64,000 bases of DNA from Candidatus Latescibacterota bacterium (GTDB lineage Bacteria; Latescibacterota; UBA2968; GCA-2709665). The notes under the pieces were generated by a model. It worked only from the letters and a program-made list of their open reading frames with translations. It searched no databases and had not been told where the DNA came from. Location: the NCBI GenBank assembly GCA_965226795.1, contig CBDDDZ010000004.1:448001-512000 (forward strand), given 5' to 3'. A program made the position numbers and the translations under genes. Within the stretch, counting starts at the first letter, position 1. Each line of letters starts with the position of its first letter. Positions 49,818-59,993 of this stretch are shown piece by piece.

Positions 49818-51920
49818 ATGAAACAGCGGAAAATACAGCGGATCGCCTTCCTTCAGGACTACCGGAACCGGCCGGAATCCCTTGTGGACGAAATTCCGGA
49901 GGTGGCCGGCCTGGGTTACCACGAGGTGACGGTATCGGCCCGGATCGGGCACGAAGAGGCCGTCAAGGCGGTGGCAGGGAAGGCAGAGAAATACGGCCTC
50001 GAGTTCTCGACGTTTACCGGATTCATGAAATACGCTTATGAGCACCTGGCCGAGCATCCCGAGCAGAAGACCGTATTCAGCAAAGATGCGGACCACGAGG
50101 AGTTGGGAAACCTGCCGGCCGTGTGGGGATGTCCGTATAACGAGGTGTTTCAGAAGCGGTACCTCGATTTTCTGGAAAACCTGGGTGGGATTCCGAATCT
50201 CACGGAAGTCTGGGTGAACGACGAAGCGTATTTCGGCAGGGACGTGGATCTGCTGGCGTGTTACTGCCGGACCTGCCAGGCGGACTGGGAAAGGGAATAC
50301 GGGGGGCGGATCCCCATGCCGCCGTTCAGGGATCTTGAGGAAAAGGCGCGGCTCGTGACATGGCGGTTCGACCGGTGGAATGACGTACACGGAAAAATGA
50401 AAACAGCACTGAACCATGATCACCAGGTCCGGGCGGTATTTCAGAGCGGCCCGCAACCCTTCTGGGATATCAATCCATGGGTGTGCGGCATAGACATCGA
50501 CGGCATGGTCGAGGCCATAGACGGCCTGGCCGTGGATGCCTACTACACGTGCGTGTTGCCGGCGGTAGGCAGCGGGCTGTTCACGCCGCCCGAGATATTT
50601 CTGAGCGAGTGCTGTCGTTTTATCCAGGGGATGACGCTGGGAGAGGACAAGGTGAGCGTGATGCTGGCGCAGGGCATGTCTCATCCCGAATTCCACCGGC
50701 CGCTGGACGAACGTGACGGATGGTGGCAGGCCGTGGTTCCGCCCGCCCTTGGCGTGGATCGCGTGACGACGTATACGTACCGGCTCCAGCGTGTGTCGCC
50801 GATGCACCGGACCTTCCAGGACGCGTTTCGCCTGGACCCCTACTTCGAACGTACCGAACCCGTGGTCTCCGTTGCGGTGGTGGACAGCCTGGAAACGCAG
50901 TGTTACGACGAGTCGTTACCCGCCAGGGGCCGCGAGAACTGGCGCATGAGCCGGATGTTCTCCATCGGACAGATGGCCTCACATAACGGTCTGTCCCACG
51001 GGTACCTGCCCTCGTCGAAGCTGGCTCCGGAACATCTCGAACGGTATCCGGTGGTGGTGCTGCCCAATGTCTCCTGCCTGTCCTCCAGCCAGCGGGATGA
51101 GCTCCTGGCGTACGTGCGGGATGGCGGCACGCTGGTGGCGGCGGGAGAGACGGCCACCAGGGACGAGATGGGACGTCCGTCGAACGGATCGTTTCTCAGG
51201 GAGGCATTCGGGATTACGTCGTGTACACCCGCGGGGGGTTCCGGCATCTTCAAGGCTACCAGCGACCACGAGGCGTTCGAGAACCTTCCATGGCCGGACG
51301 AGAGGACGGCCTGGGACCCCTGGAAGGGCAATAACCACCCTGTCCTCGGGCTGGACCTGGCGGTCGAAGCGGAGGCGGACGGCACGGCCGATGTGCTGGC
51401 GGTCTTCGAGGAAGCAGGGGCCCTGGGACCGCGTCCGGCAATCACATTGAAGCGACTTGGGGCCGGCTGGGGCGTGTTCGTGGCGGGCATCCCGTCCCGG
51501 TGGATGGACCTGAGGCCTGCGGGTACCAATGTCCTGAGCTATTCGCGCCAGGTGGTGGCGCAACTGATCCTGTCGCTCGTAGACGATCGGCTGCCCGTCA
51601 GGTTAAAGGGATTTCCGCCGAGGGTGCCTTTGCAGGAGGTGAGGCCGTTGGATATCCGCTGGAAGCCGACCGTGGAGATCATGCCCTCTGTGGGCGAGGA
51701 CCTGATCCTGGTCACGGTGCCGTCGTATTTCAGGGAACCCGGCGCATTCCGGATCGAAGCCAGGTTGCCTGAGGGCAAACGATGCACAGAGGTCCGGGAA
51801 CTGGTGTCGGATCAGCCCGTTACCGAGACCGGACAGAGTGACGGTACCGTGGAAATCGACGTCAACCTGACCACCGAGGACTTTCTGAAGGTGTACGCAT
51901 TCTCGCTGACGCCGGTGTAA
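49818..51920 (+). CDS. GH42/beta-galactosidase-like hydrolase (paralog 2)
   Basis: CPY...NDEA...CYCRTC; VVVLPNVSCLS..YVRDGGTLV trimerisation domain; RBS GGAGG. Confidence 0.72.
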   Translation: MKQRKIQRIAFLQDYRNRPESLVDEIPEVAGLGYHEVTVSARIGHEEAVKAVAGKAEKYGLEFSTFTGFMKYAYEHLAEHPEQKTVFSKDADHEELGNLPAVWGCPYNEVFQKRYLDFLENLGGIPNLTEVWVNDEAYFGRDVDLLACYCRTCQADWEREYGGRIPMPPFRDLEEKARLVTWRFDRWNDVHGKMKTALNHDHQVRAVFQSGPQPFWDINPWVCGIDIDGMVEAIDGLAVDAYYTCVLPAVGSGLFTPPEIFLSECCRFIQGMTLGEDKVSVMLAQGMSHPEFHRPLDERDGWWQAVVPPALGVDRVTTYTYRLQRVSPMHRTFQDAFRLDPYFERTEPVVSVAVVDSLETQCYDESLPARGRENWRMSRMFSIGQMASHNGLSHGYLPSSKLAPEHLERYPVVVLPNVSCLSSSQRDELLAYVRDGGTLVAAGETATRDEMGRPSNGSFLREAFGITSCTPAGGSGIFKATSDHEAFENLPWPDERTAWDPWKGNNHPVLGLDLAVEAEADGTADVLAVFEEAGALGPRPAITLKRLGAGWGVFVAGIPSRWMDLRPAGTNVLSYSRQVVAQLILSLVDDRLPVRLKGFPPRVPLQEVRPLDIRWKPTVEIMPSVGEDLILVTVPSYFREPGAFRIEARLPEGKRCTEVRELVSDQPVTETGQSDGTVEIDVNLTTEDFLKVYAFSLTPV

Positions 51921-51975
51921 TCTCCCGGCCGACCGCACCCATCAGGGAATTGCGAAAAACACGCCACCCAAAAGA

Positions 51976-52410
51976 TCACGAACGCGAGTACCGCGACCGG
52001 ATGCAGGCGTCCACGCCGTATTTTCCCGAGCCGACCAGCAGAAACATCACCGCGATGGCCAGGTACAGAAGCGCCATCTCCTTTATGCCGAACGGATCAG
52101 CCGCGTGTACACCGAATGCGGCGACCATCATGGTAAATCCCATAAGGAACGTGCCTGGACGCGTCAGCAGTCCCAGCGCCAGCAACAGCCCGCCGCCAAA
52201 CTCCCCGAAGGCAGCCGCCCACGCAAAAAACTCGGGTAGCGGAAACCCCAGCTTTGCCGTGCCGGCCACGAGCCCGGCGGAAGGCGGGATCTTCCCGATC
52301 CCGTGTCCGAATGCTATACTCAGCCCGGAAATTACCCTCAGGATCGCCAACCCGATGTTGGCGTGTTCCGATTCGATTTTCGCTCCACCGAAAAGAAGTT
52401 CCCTGTTCAT
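51976..52410 (-). CDS. DoxX family membrane protein
   Basis: LRV..G...HG..K, EFGGGLLLALGLLTR and GSGKYGVD. Confidence 0.9.
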   Translation of the reverse strand: MNRELLFGGAKIESEHANIGLAILRVISGLSIAFGHGIGKIPPSAGLVAGTAKLGFPLPEFFAWAAAFGEFGGGLLLALGLLTRPGTFLMGFTMMVAAFGVHAADPFGIKEMALLYLAIAVMFLLVGSGKYGVDACIRSRYSRS

Positions 52411-52586
52411 ACACCGTCTCCCTCTTGTGGAATGAATTAATGCATTAGTGAATCAATTCTCAGCCTTGGACGATAGACAGGACGATCATTACGGGTACTC
52501 GCTGATCCTCGAAATCGGCAGCATGGCCTCGACGTAGCGACAATTGCATCTGAAACGCTAAACCGTACGGGCGCTAAAGTAGCCTT

Positions 52587-53334
52587 CTACTCGACGAGCG
52601 GATGAAAGTCGTCGCTCGTCATCGGTTCGTGCTCATTCCAACGCCCACTCATCTCGATCAGAACCCGCTGCTTCGACGGCGCAGGTAGCGGATTTACGCG
52701 TACCACCTTGGCGCGATAATCTCCAGACGACTCAGCCATCGCCTTTACCAGGTCCTCGACGAGATAGCGCGGCGCCCATCCGATCATATGGTAATCACGG
52801 GTTTGAAGTTGAACGGCGAAACCGGTGGCTGGATTGGTCAATTCGAGGGTCACGTAAAGCTGCTCGTCAGCTTCAAGGCGGTCGATCTGCTTCTGCGCTG
52901 ATTCATTGACGTGCCGCCAGCCGTGCAGAAAGAACCGGCAGACAAAACTTCCGTCTTCGTCTTCTTCGAGTTTTGGAAAGACCTCGTAGGCATCTGTCAC
53001 CCTGGAACCGCCGCTTGCCGACAGAATCTCAATGGGATCGGCGCTTTCACGCAGGTCGAGATAACTGAGATAATCGGCAAAGTCCGGTCTCGCCCGGTTG
53101 ATGACCCGGTTCTGGAAGAGCGGAAAGAGTCTCGGCGAATCGTACCGTATCTTCCAGGTTCGGAAACTCGAGAAGCTCCGAAAATCCTGCCTCTGCCTGT
53201 GCTCGTTTCGCCCCTTTGATGTAACGGAAACGATACAACGGACAATTGATATCAGCATCCAGTCGGCCGACCGGGAACCATTGCCCGCTCATCCCCTTGT
53301 CCTGCCACGATAGAAAAAGGATTCTCTTATTCAT
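52587..53334 (-). pseudogene. HIRAN-domain protein, frameshifted near 53145
   Basis: N-terminal LSWQD..WFPVGRL..YRFRY in one frame; LFPLFQNRV...FFLHGWRH...IGWAPRYL in another. Confidence 0.75.
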
Positions 53335-53763
53335 CTGTTTCAGTCCCGACTTCCGTTCCCGATCATACGATTGATGTAATCGAGATAGACGCGACTAAAC
53401 CCGTCCTCAATCTTCGAAACAAAATCCGCCTCGGCTTGCGTCGTCAATCGTGTTGCTCTTTGCACCCCATAAGGTTAACTTACGCTTAACACAATCTCGG
53501 CCGATGTGGCCCGGAATCGGCATATTCAACCTCGCTTGAGACCCCATTCAACCTTCCGAACATAATACCGAAAGCCAGCACCGCGAACGATTAGGATCGG
53601 TGTCGTGAGTTGCCTTCAAGTATCCTGATTGCTACTCTACAACCCGCCCGTTCCAAGTATAGTCTATTGCACGTTGAAAAGCAAGATCGGTCCAATCCCA
53701 TGCTCTTGTTGGGCACGGGCGGCCACTATTTGGCTATAGTCAGCAATGAAAGGAGAAAAGCGC

Positions 53764-54924
53764 ATGAAAATAACGGACGTGAAGGTCCTGCCGATCGATC
53801 GGTATCTCTTTGTCCAGGTTCTTACGGATGAGGGGATCGTGGGGCTGGGTGAATCGGGCGCATGGGGATACCTGGAGGCGTCGGGAGAGGTGGTCAAGAG
53901 CTTCAGGGAATACCTGATCGGCAAGGACCCCCTGCGAATCGAACACCACTGGCAGGTTCTGTACCGGTGCACACATTTTCGTGGTGCGGCGATAATGGGA
54001 GCGTTGAGCGCAATTGATATCGCTCTCTGGGATATCGCGGGCAAGTTTTTCGACGTGCCCGTCTACCAGCTTCTGGGTGGCAAATGCCGGGACAAAGCCC
54101 GTGTCTACGGGCACGTGATCGGCCGTACCAAAGAGGAACTTCTGAGAGGCTGCGTTCAGGCCAAGGCGGAGGGGTATACGGCCGTGGGACACCTGACGCC
54201 ATTTCTGGATGAGTCGCGAAACGTCCCGTATTTCAAAACCCACGTGGACAAGATTCAGGATGCCATTCAGACGGTGGCGGCCTACCGCGAGGCGGTCGGC
54301 GACGATGTGGATCTGTGTATCGAGATACACCGTCGGCTGGACCCGGCCGAGGCGATTGTGCTGGGCAGGGGCATTGAACCCTACCGCCCCTATTTTTTCG
54401 AGGATCCGATCCGTCCCGACAATCTTGACGCCATGGCCGAAGTCGCGCAGAAGATCGCGGTTCCGATTGCGACCGGGGAACGCATCCACACGATCTACGA
54501 ATTTGAAATGCTCCTGACGCGGAACGCGGTACAGTACGTGAGGCCGGATGTCTGTATGGCTGGCGGAATCACCCATTGCAAAAAGATCGCGGCGCTCGCC
54601 GAGGCGCACTACGTGGGGGTGGTGCCCCACAACCCGCTCAGTCCGGTGAGTACGGCCGCCTGCGTTCAACTCGCGGCTTGCATTCCCAATTTCGCACTGC
54701 AGGAGTACCCCAGGGGTGAAGGCGATCCGCCCAAGAGCGAAATCGTGTCCGGGGTTCTCACGCTTGAGGACGGATTTCTGATCATCCCGGATGCGCCCGG
54801 TATCGGCGTGGAACTCGTGGAAGACGCAATGGAGAGGTACCCATTTCTCTCGCACCGGCCCCTGCTGGACGAAGGAATGATGGTCACGAGACTACACGTG
54901 GACGGATCGGTTGTGGATCAGTAG
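53764..54924 (+). CDS. dgoD: Galactonate dehydratase-like mandelate racemase/enolase superfamily protein
   Basis: TDEGIVGLGE, IDIALWDIAGK, EDP, ATGER and PHNPL motifs. Exact substrate uncertain. Confidence 0.8.
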   Translation: MKITDVKVLPIDRYLFVQVLTDEGIVGLGESGAWGYLEASGEVVKSFREYLIGKDPLRIEHHWQVLYRCTHFRGAAIMGALSAIDIALWDIAGKFFDVPVYQLLGGKCRDKARVYGHVIGRTKEELLRGCVQAKAEGYTAVGHLTPFLDESRNVPYFKTHVDKIQDAIQTVAAYREAVGDDVDLCIEIHRRLDPAEAIVLGRGIEPYRPYFFEDPIRPDNLDAMAEVAQKIAVPIATGERIHTIYEFEMLLTRNAVQYVRPDVCMAGGITHCKKIAALAEAHYVGVVPHNPLSPVSTAACVQLAACIPNFALQEYPRGEGDPPKSEIVSGVLTLEDGFLIIPDAPGIGVELVEDAMERYPFLSHRPLLDEGMMVTRLHVDGSVVDQ

Positions 54925-55004
54925 AAAACATAACACCGGCCAATCGACAAACGGGTTGATCTCCGTCCCAAACGCTTGATTTCTGTACCACAGGAGGACT
55001 CGGT

Positions 55005-55799
55005 ATGCCTGCGCATATCAGTGACGAACAGTGGGCGCGGTTCGAGAAAGAAGGGTATCTTCGCCTCGGGAAGGTGATGGACGATGACGAACTGGCGGGC
55101 CTGCAGCAGCGCATCGACGACATCATGCTGGGCAACGTGAAAGTGTACGATCAGATGTACATGCAACTGGACAGCGAGACTGGCGACTACTCGGAGAAGC
55201 GGATCACAACGAAAGGGCACCAGGTCTCAACGTTGAACTATCGAAAGATCCAGGACCTGGAGTTCGATCCGCTGTTCCTGTCCTACATGCAGAAACCCCT
55301 GTTTCGTGAGATCTGCGCGAGGGCGTACGGTCCCGAGACGCCGATTTCGTGCTACCGCGCGATGTTTATCAACAAACCGGCCGGGAAGGGTACATACCTC
55401 CCCTGGCACCAGGACCGGTTCGGCCTCCTCAACACGGATCCAATCGCGACCTTGTGGACGGCGCTGGACCGGGTGTCGGTTGAAAACGGCTGCGTCGGGA
55501 TCGTACCCGGATCCCACCGTGGCACCTTCGAGCAGGACGATTCGGCCGGCTTCGCCTTTCTGACCGACGAGCAGGCCACCGCCGTCCTGGCCGGAGAAGC
55601 GCATGAATACCTGGAAATGGAGGCAGGGGAAACGGCCCTGTTGCACAACTGGCTGCTCCACGGATCGGGCGTGAACAAGACCAACACCTCCCGCCGCGCG
55701 TTCAGCGTTTGTTACATGGACGCCGCCACAAGATCCGACCGGGGGAACGCCTACTCCGTCATTTTCGGAGAGGGCGCCATGAGTCCCGCGAGTTTATAA
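55005..55799 (+). CDS. Phytanoyl-CoA dioxygenase (PhyH) family
   Basis: WHQD, ENGC..IVPGSH, LHGS..N...RRA. Confidence 0.9.
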   Translation: MPAHISDEQWARFEKEGYLRLGKVMDDDELAGLQQRIDDIMLGNVKVYDQMYMQLDSETGDYSEKRITTKGHQVSTLNYRKIQDLEFDPLFLSYMQKPLFREICARAYGPETPISCYRAMFINKPAGKGTYLPWHQDRFGLLNTDPIATLWTALDRVSVENGCVGIVPGSHRGTFEQDDSAGFAFLTDEQATAVLAGEAHEYLEMEAGETALLHNWLLHGSGVNKTNTSRRAFSVCYMDAATRSDRGNAYSVIFGEGAMSPASL

Positions 55800-55838
55800 A
55801 TCGTAACGCCAATTCTTCTTCCGTAGAGGATTTCACCA

Positions 55839-57854
55839 TTGGATACCGCAGCGGCGAGAGAGCGGAAACCTCCGGCTCCGGCGCCTGGCAATGAGACTGC
55901 CGCGCGGGACGGTCTGACGCCCCGTGCGTTCGGAATCGGCCTCGTCCTGTGCGGTCTGATGTGCCTGGGCCTGACCTACAATCGGATGATCACCCAGGGT
56001 TCCTTTCTGGGCGGCGCGTATTACATGGACCGGGGCGCGCTGTTCGTGTTGTTCCTCCTGGTCGTGGTCGCAAATCCGTTGCTGGGCGTGATCAAGAAAC
56101 GGTTTGTCCTCACGCGCGGCGAACTACTTGCCATTTACACCATGTTTCTCATTCTCCTGCCCGCCTGGGTGATGACCAAGCCGGTGATTCTCTATACGAC
56201 CGGCACGATCTACCACGCGACGCCTGAGTTGCGTCATATCGAGGCCGTGCCTCCTCACCTGCTCCCGTGGCTGGTGCCGCAGGGGGAAGGGACCGTCAGG
56301 GATCTCTACGAAGGCCTGCCGAAGGGAGGTTCGATTCCGTGGCTGGGTTGGGTTCTTCCGCTGTGGAGCTGGGGCTCGTTCCTGATCGTACTCTTCGTCG
56401 TACTGATTTGCATCGGCGTGCTGATGCGGAGGCAGTGGGAGGAGCACGAGCGGTTTGCGTTCCCCCTGATGCAGGTCCCGCTTGCGATGCTGGAGCCCGG
56501 AAAGGGCCGGATTGCGCCTGTGTTCCGCAGCCGGTTGCTGGCCGCCGGGTTCGGGATTCCGTCTCTGGTCGGCATGCTCCGGGGGCTGCGGTATTACTTT
56601 CCCAATATTCCAATTATCAACCTGGGAACACACGTTCGGATCTTCCGGCGCACGATGGTTCTGCCCTTCAAAATCCATTTCCTCGTCCTCGGGTATTCCT
56701 ATTTCATCAATTTGGACGTGAGTTTCAGCCTGTGGGTCATCAACCTGATTACCAAGATTGTACGGGGAGCGCTGGCGATGGTTGGCGCGGGACAGACCTG
56801 GGGGGTGTCGGGGGTCGTGGGACGTTACAGTTCTCAGGGGTCCGAATTCCTGGCGATGATGGGGATGGGGTATATTCTCGCGCTGGCCGCGTACAGCCTT
56901 TACGTGGCCAGGGGCCACCTGCGGCAGGTGTGGGCAAAGATCCGCGGCAGGGCGTCGCACCTGAAGGACTCGGATGAGATCATCCCCTACCGGTCGGCCG
57001 TGCTGGGTATTGTTCTGGGCGTGAGTTACCTTGGATTGTGGCTCTACCAGTCCGGGATTTCGCCGCCGCTGGTTTTGTTTCTGCTTATTACCAGTCTCAT
57101 TGTCTTTTTCGTGATGGCCCGGATTGTGAGTGAGACGGGTTTTGTTGCGACGTATTCACCCATCAATCCGTCTGAGTTCGTGGTGTGCGCGGTGGGATCC
57201 TCGGCGTTCAGTCCGGCGGGCCTGGCGACCCTGGGAATCAGTTACGTTTGGACGATGACGCGCAGAAACACACTGATGCCGCACGCTCTGGGCGCCCTGC
57301 GGCTGGCGCGTGAAATCGGAAGGAAGCGGGGGTTGGTCTGGGCGATGGGGGCGGCACTGGCCCTGGGGCTGGTCGCCACGGGCTACACGACGTTGAATCT
57401 GGGGTATACGCACGGCGGCGTGAACATCGACTACCCATGGTTCACCAACGTCAACGACGCCGCGTCTCCATTCGACGAGTTTATCGGACGGCGCCTTCTC
57501 GAACCCAGCCCCGTCTTCAAAATGGGTTTTCTCTATACGGCGTTGGGCACCGCGGTTGCCGCCGTCCTGATCCTGCTTCGGATGCGCCTGCCATGGTGGC
57601 CGTTTCATCCCGCCGCGCTTCCGCTAAGTACGGTTTGGTATATGGACTGGTTCGGATTCAGCGTTTTTCTGGCGTGGGGAATCAAGGCGCTCATTCTGCG
57701 GATTGGCGGGGCGGACCTCTACAGAAAAGCGCGTCCGTTCTTTATCGGGATGATTCTGGGAGAGGTCGTATGCTCGGGGGGATGGTCGGTGGCGAGCGCC
57801 TTTACAGGACGGCTCAAGACCTGGCCCTTTATGGGCTACTGGAGTTCATCGTGA
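55839..57854 (+). CDS. DUF6785/DUF6784-like polytopic membrane protein (putative transporter), paralog 1
   Basis: LTRGEL, RRQWEEHERFAFP, R..SETG, WWPFHP and PFFIGMILGE motifs. Confidence 0.8.
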   Translation: MDTAAARERKPPAPAPGNETAARDGLTPRAFGIGLVLCGLMCLGLTYNRMITQGSFLGGAYYMDRGALFVLFLLVVVANPLLGVIKKRFVLTRGELLAIYTMFLILLPAWVMTKPVILYTTGTIYHATPELRHIEAVPPHLLPWLVPQGEGTVRDLYEGLPKGGSIPWLGWVLPLWSWGSFLIVLFVVLICIGVLMRRQWEEHERFAFPLMQVPLAMLEPGKGRIAPVFRSRLLAAGFGIPSLVGMLRGLRYYFPNIPIINLGTHVRIFRRTMVLPFKIHFLVLGYSYFINLDVSFSLWVINLITKIVRGALAMVGAGQTWGVSGVVGRYSSQGSEFLAMMGMGYILALAAYSLYVARGHLRQVWAKIRGRASHLKDSDEIIPYRSAVLGIVLGVSYLGLWLYQSGISPPLVLFLLITSLIVFFVMARIVSETGFVATYSPINPSEFVVCAVGSSAFSPAGLATLGISYVWTMTRRNTLMPHALGALRLAREIGRKRGLVWAMGAALALGLVATGYTTLNLGYTHGGVNIDYPWFTNVNDAASPFDEFIGRRLLEPSPVFKMGFLYTALGTAVAAVLILLRMRLPWWPFHPAALPLSTVWYMDWFGFSVFLAWGIKALILRIGGADLYRKARPFFIGMILGEVVCSGGWSVASAFTGRLKTWPFMGYWSSS

Positions 57855-57935
57855 GTCACCCATGGGATGGACGCTGAATAGGTACGTCACGGGTCGATGG
57901 TTTATCATCAAGGTCTACAGTAGAGGGAGAACGTA

Positions 57936-59957
57936 ATGCCAGACCAGAACCGGACGCTCCGCCGGTCGGCACTGCTGCTTTTTCCGGATGCCGTGCTGAA
58001 CGAGGCCACGCTCGACCAGATTGTAATTGAAGGGTTTACCGACGTCGGCGCGGGCGTTGCGGTCACGCCAGCGATAAAACAACAGGGCTTTTCGCTGGAA
58101 CAGTCGGAGAGGCTTGCCCGGATGTGCGAGGAGCGCGGCCTGGGCATGATTGCCTTTACCGGATACATGAAGTATAACGAACACCTGGTGGCGGAAGAAC
58201 CCCACCGTCTGATGCAAATGGTCGGCGATGGCGAAGTGTTGGATCTGGACGGATTGCGGATCCGGTGGATGTGTCCTTTTCGCCCCGAGAACAAAACCCA
58301 CTACCTGTCCCTGCTGATGGAGATTTGCAAGTGGCGGGCGATTCGGGAAATCCACCTCAACGACGAAGCGTGTCTTGGATTCGGAGACGGAACAATCGGC
58401 TGTTACTGCGAGTTCTGCCAGGCTGAATTCCACAAACGGAACGGCGTCAACCCTCCACGGACTGCGAATTGGGAAGACCCTCTGTGGTATGCATGGCTGG
58501 AAGCCCGTTTTGACAATTGGGAGGCGGTGCACTCCGAATTTCGACAAGTAATCAAAGAGGTCAGGCCCGACGTGGCCGTGGGCATCCAGCACAGTCCGGC
58601 CATTCCCGAGCGCAATTACAATGCCTGGCAGACGGCCATCCGTCTCGCCCGCGACGCGCGTTCACAGGATGTTATCGCCACGGATCCCTATCATTTCAAT
58701 CACGACGACCTCATCCTGCACCGGCCTCACCGCAGGATCCTTTCGGAGACGACGAGAAGCCTGATGGGCGCGTGCATGGATCGGCAGGTGGATATCTATC
58801 CGCAGGGCTTCATGCCGCCAGCCCAGGCGGTGCCAATGGGCAGGCAGGACGGTCTGCTTGCCGGCGTGGTGCCGTTTGCGCTCGGAGCAGACCTGGTGAT
58901 GCCGTTTACGTACGAGCAGATGAAGATCATCCCGGGGTTTTTCGAGGCGTTCGATGAGTCCCGGCGACTCCTTCCGATGTTCGCGTCCCACCGACCTTAC
59001 AGCTTCGCCACGATGATGATGCCCCAGCAGTCCGAGATCACCGGCCACTACGATTCGAACTGGGGGCATCAAGGGTTAATCCGGATGGTCGACATGGTCT
59101 ACCGGACCGGCCTGCCGTGGCGTTGGTTCTGGGATCAGCGCCTGGACGACGTGGGCGGTCAGCTGAGGGGACCGGTGATCCTGCCCGAGGTGCATTGCCT
59201 CACGCAATCCCAACTCGATTGTGTCAACGCGGTTGCCGAACGCGGAGAAGGTCTCCTCTGGATCGGCAACAGGCCGGCCACCCCGTGGGCAGGTAGCGGT
59301 CCATGCAAGCTGCCTTGCGCGATCGACTCGGGGGTCTTTGAACTCGATCTCCTGGACAATCATCCGCTGACAAAGGGCCTGGAGCACCCTGTGATCCTCA
59401 GCACCCGCGTGAATGGTCCGTGTCCGGACGGACAGGTGTTGGGGACGGTGGATGGCCGGCCGGCACTCGTGCTGGTGGAGGATGGGGAGCGGCGGGAGGC
59501 CTGGATGGCGGGCATGCCGGCTGTAAACTACACGGGGACCGTACCCGGCAAGTCTTCGATCGAGGAGACGTCCAACGTGGAACTGCTGCGCAGGCTGATC
59601 CTCTGGATCGCGGGACGCAGGCCGTTGGCGCGGCTGAATCCCTTCCCGCCCGTGGACGACTACCGGTCGTTGCGTCCGAGCGACCGCCGGGCCGTGCCCA
59701 CCATTGAGATGCTGCCGATGGTGAGAGGCGGCGATTCCCTGTTGGCAATCGTCTTCCCATATACGCCGGTGAGATGTCAGACTGCGCTGGAGATCAGCCC
59801 GCCCGAAGGGAAGATCGTGCACGACATTGACGAGATCTGGTCAGGGAACAACTGGAATGACCGCGTCGTATCGGCGAAAGAGGGCGCGATACGCATACCG
59901 CTCGATGTTCCGGGCGATTGCGACCTCCTGGCTATTCACATACGGATGGAAGGTTAA
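57936..59957 (+). CDS. GH42/beta-galactosidase-like hydrolase (paralog 3)
   Basis: CPFRPENK, EIHLNDEA, CYCEFC, TDPYH and HRRILSE, shared with the 5810 ORF. Confidence 0.72.
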   Translation: MPDQNRTLRRSALLLFPDAVLNEATLDQIVIEGFTDVGAGVAVTPAIKQQGFSLEQSERLARMCEERGLGMIAFTGYMKYNEHLVAEEPHRLMQMVGDGEVLDLDGLRIRWMCPFRPENKTHYLSLLMEICKWRAIREIHLNDEACLGFGDGTIGCYCEFCQAEFHKRNGVNPPRTANWEDPLWYAWLEARFDNWEAVHSEFRQVIKEVRPDVAVGIQHSPAIPERNYNAWQTAIRLARDARSQDVIATDPYHFNHDDLILHRPHRRILSETTRSLMGACMDRQVDIYPQGFMPPAQAVPMGRQDGLLAGVVPFALGADLVMPFTYEQMKIIPGFFEAFDESRRLLPMFASHRPYSFATMMMPQQSEITGHYDSNWGHQGLIRMVDMVYRTGLPWRWFWDQRLDDVGGQLRGPVILPEVHCLTQSQLDCVNAVAERGEGLLWIGNRPATPWAGSGPCKLPCAIDSGVFELDLLDNHPLTKGLEHPVILSTRVNGPCPDGQVLGTVDGRPALVLVEDGERREAWMAGMPAVNYTGTVPGKSSIEETSNVELLRRLILWIAGRRPLARLNPFPPVDDYRSLRPSDRRAVPTIEMLPMVRGGDSLLAIVFPYTPVRCQTALEISPPEGKIVHDIDEIWSGNNWNDRVVSAKEGAIRIPLDVPGDCDLLAIHIRMEG

Positions 59958-59993
59958 ACGCTTCCACCGGACCATCTGGAGGCACAGGCCCAA

